Of a stretch of 64,000 bases of DNA, positions 63,994 through 64,000 are shown piece by piece. The stretch comes from a virus (Duplodnaviria > Caudoviricetes). The DNA is taken from IMG/VR virus record IMGVR_UViG_2832949849_000001, positions 1-64,000 of that record. One strand, given 5' to 3'. The translations under genes were made by a program, and so were the position numbers. The notes beneath the pieces are model-generated. The model had not been told where the DNA came from. It made no database searches and saw only the letters and a list, made by a program, of their open reading frames with translations. Positions within the stretch are counted from its first letter, which is position 1. Each line of letters begins with the position of its first letter.

Positions 63994-64000
63994 CCCCTTA

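Larger units (their letters stand above)
1..64000. mobile_element. Integrated prophage with P1-like (contractile-tail) structural module; extends beyond the right edge of the window
   Basis: Integrase, holin/endolysin, spike, baseplate, sheath, capsid, portal, terminase, Hdf/DarA-like and DnaC-like genes in co-oriented operons; no host housekeeping genes seen. Confidence 0.92.

Overview
The whole window is the left ~64 kb of an integrated prophage, which continues past the right edge. It has a P4-type tyrosine integrase at the left end, then almost entirely minus-strand P1-like myophage genes: lysis, baseplate/tail, tape measure, prohead protease, portal, sheath, capsid, Hdf/DarA/DdrB-like antirestriction head proteins, terminase and a DnaC-like gene. 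The host is probably a Neisseriaceae, inferred from a DUS-like over-represented motif. AT-rich cargo sits between the late operons: an ABC-ATPase/Toprim (RloAB/AbiL-like) pair, five signal-peptide genes behind a muralytic tape-measure gene, a YkvI-like transporter, a Dcm-HpaII-family fusion, a type I R-M locus with a twin-TRD HsdS, a cold-shock gene, a cas-less type I-F CRISPR array with its leader, and an MliC-like lipoprotein. An IS3, an IS5 and a MITE are also present. Non-coding signals read directly from the sequence are (i) two c4-type antisense-RNA/antirepressor cassettes whose b/b' boxes co-vary, (ii) an AGGGAAC-N28-(-10) motif before eight late operons, each overlapping a terminator-like hairpin, (iii) a pseudoknotted leader before a third antirepressor gene, and (iv) at least 23 copies of GCGTCCTG. 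Many genes are split by 1-nt deletions in homopolymers, most likely sequencing error. Family assignments come from motif recognition, not database searches.
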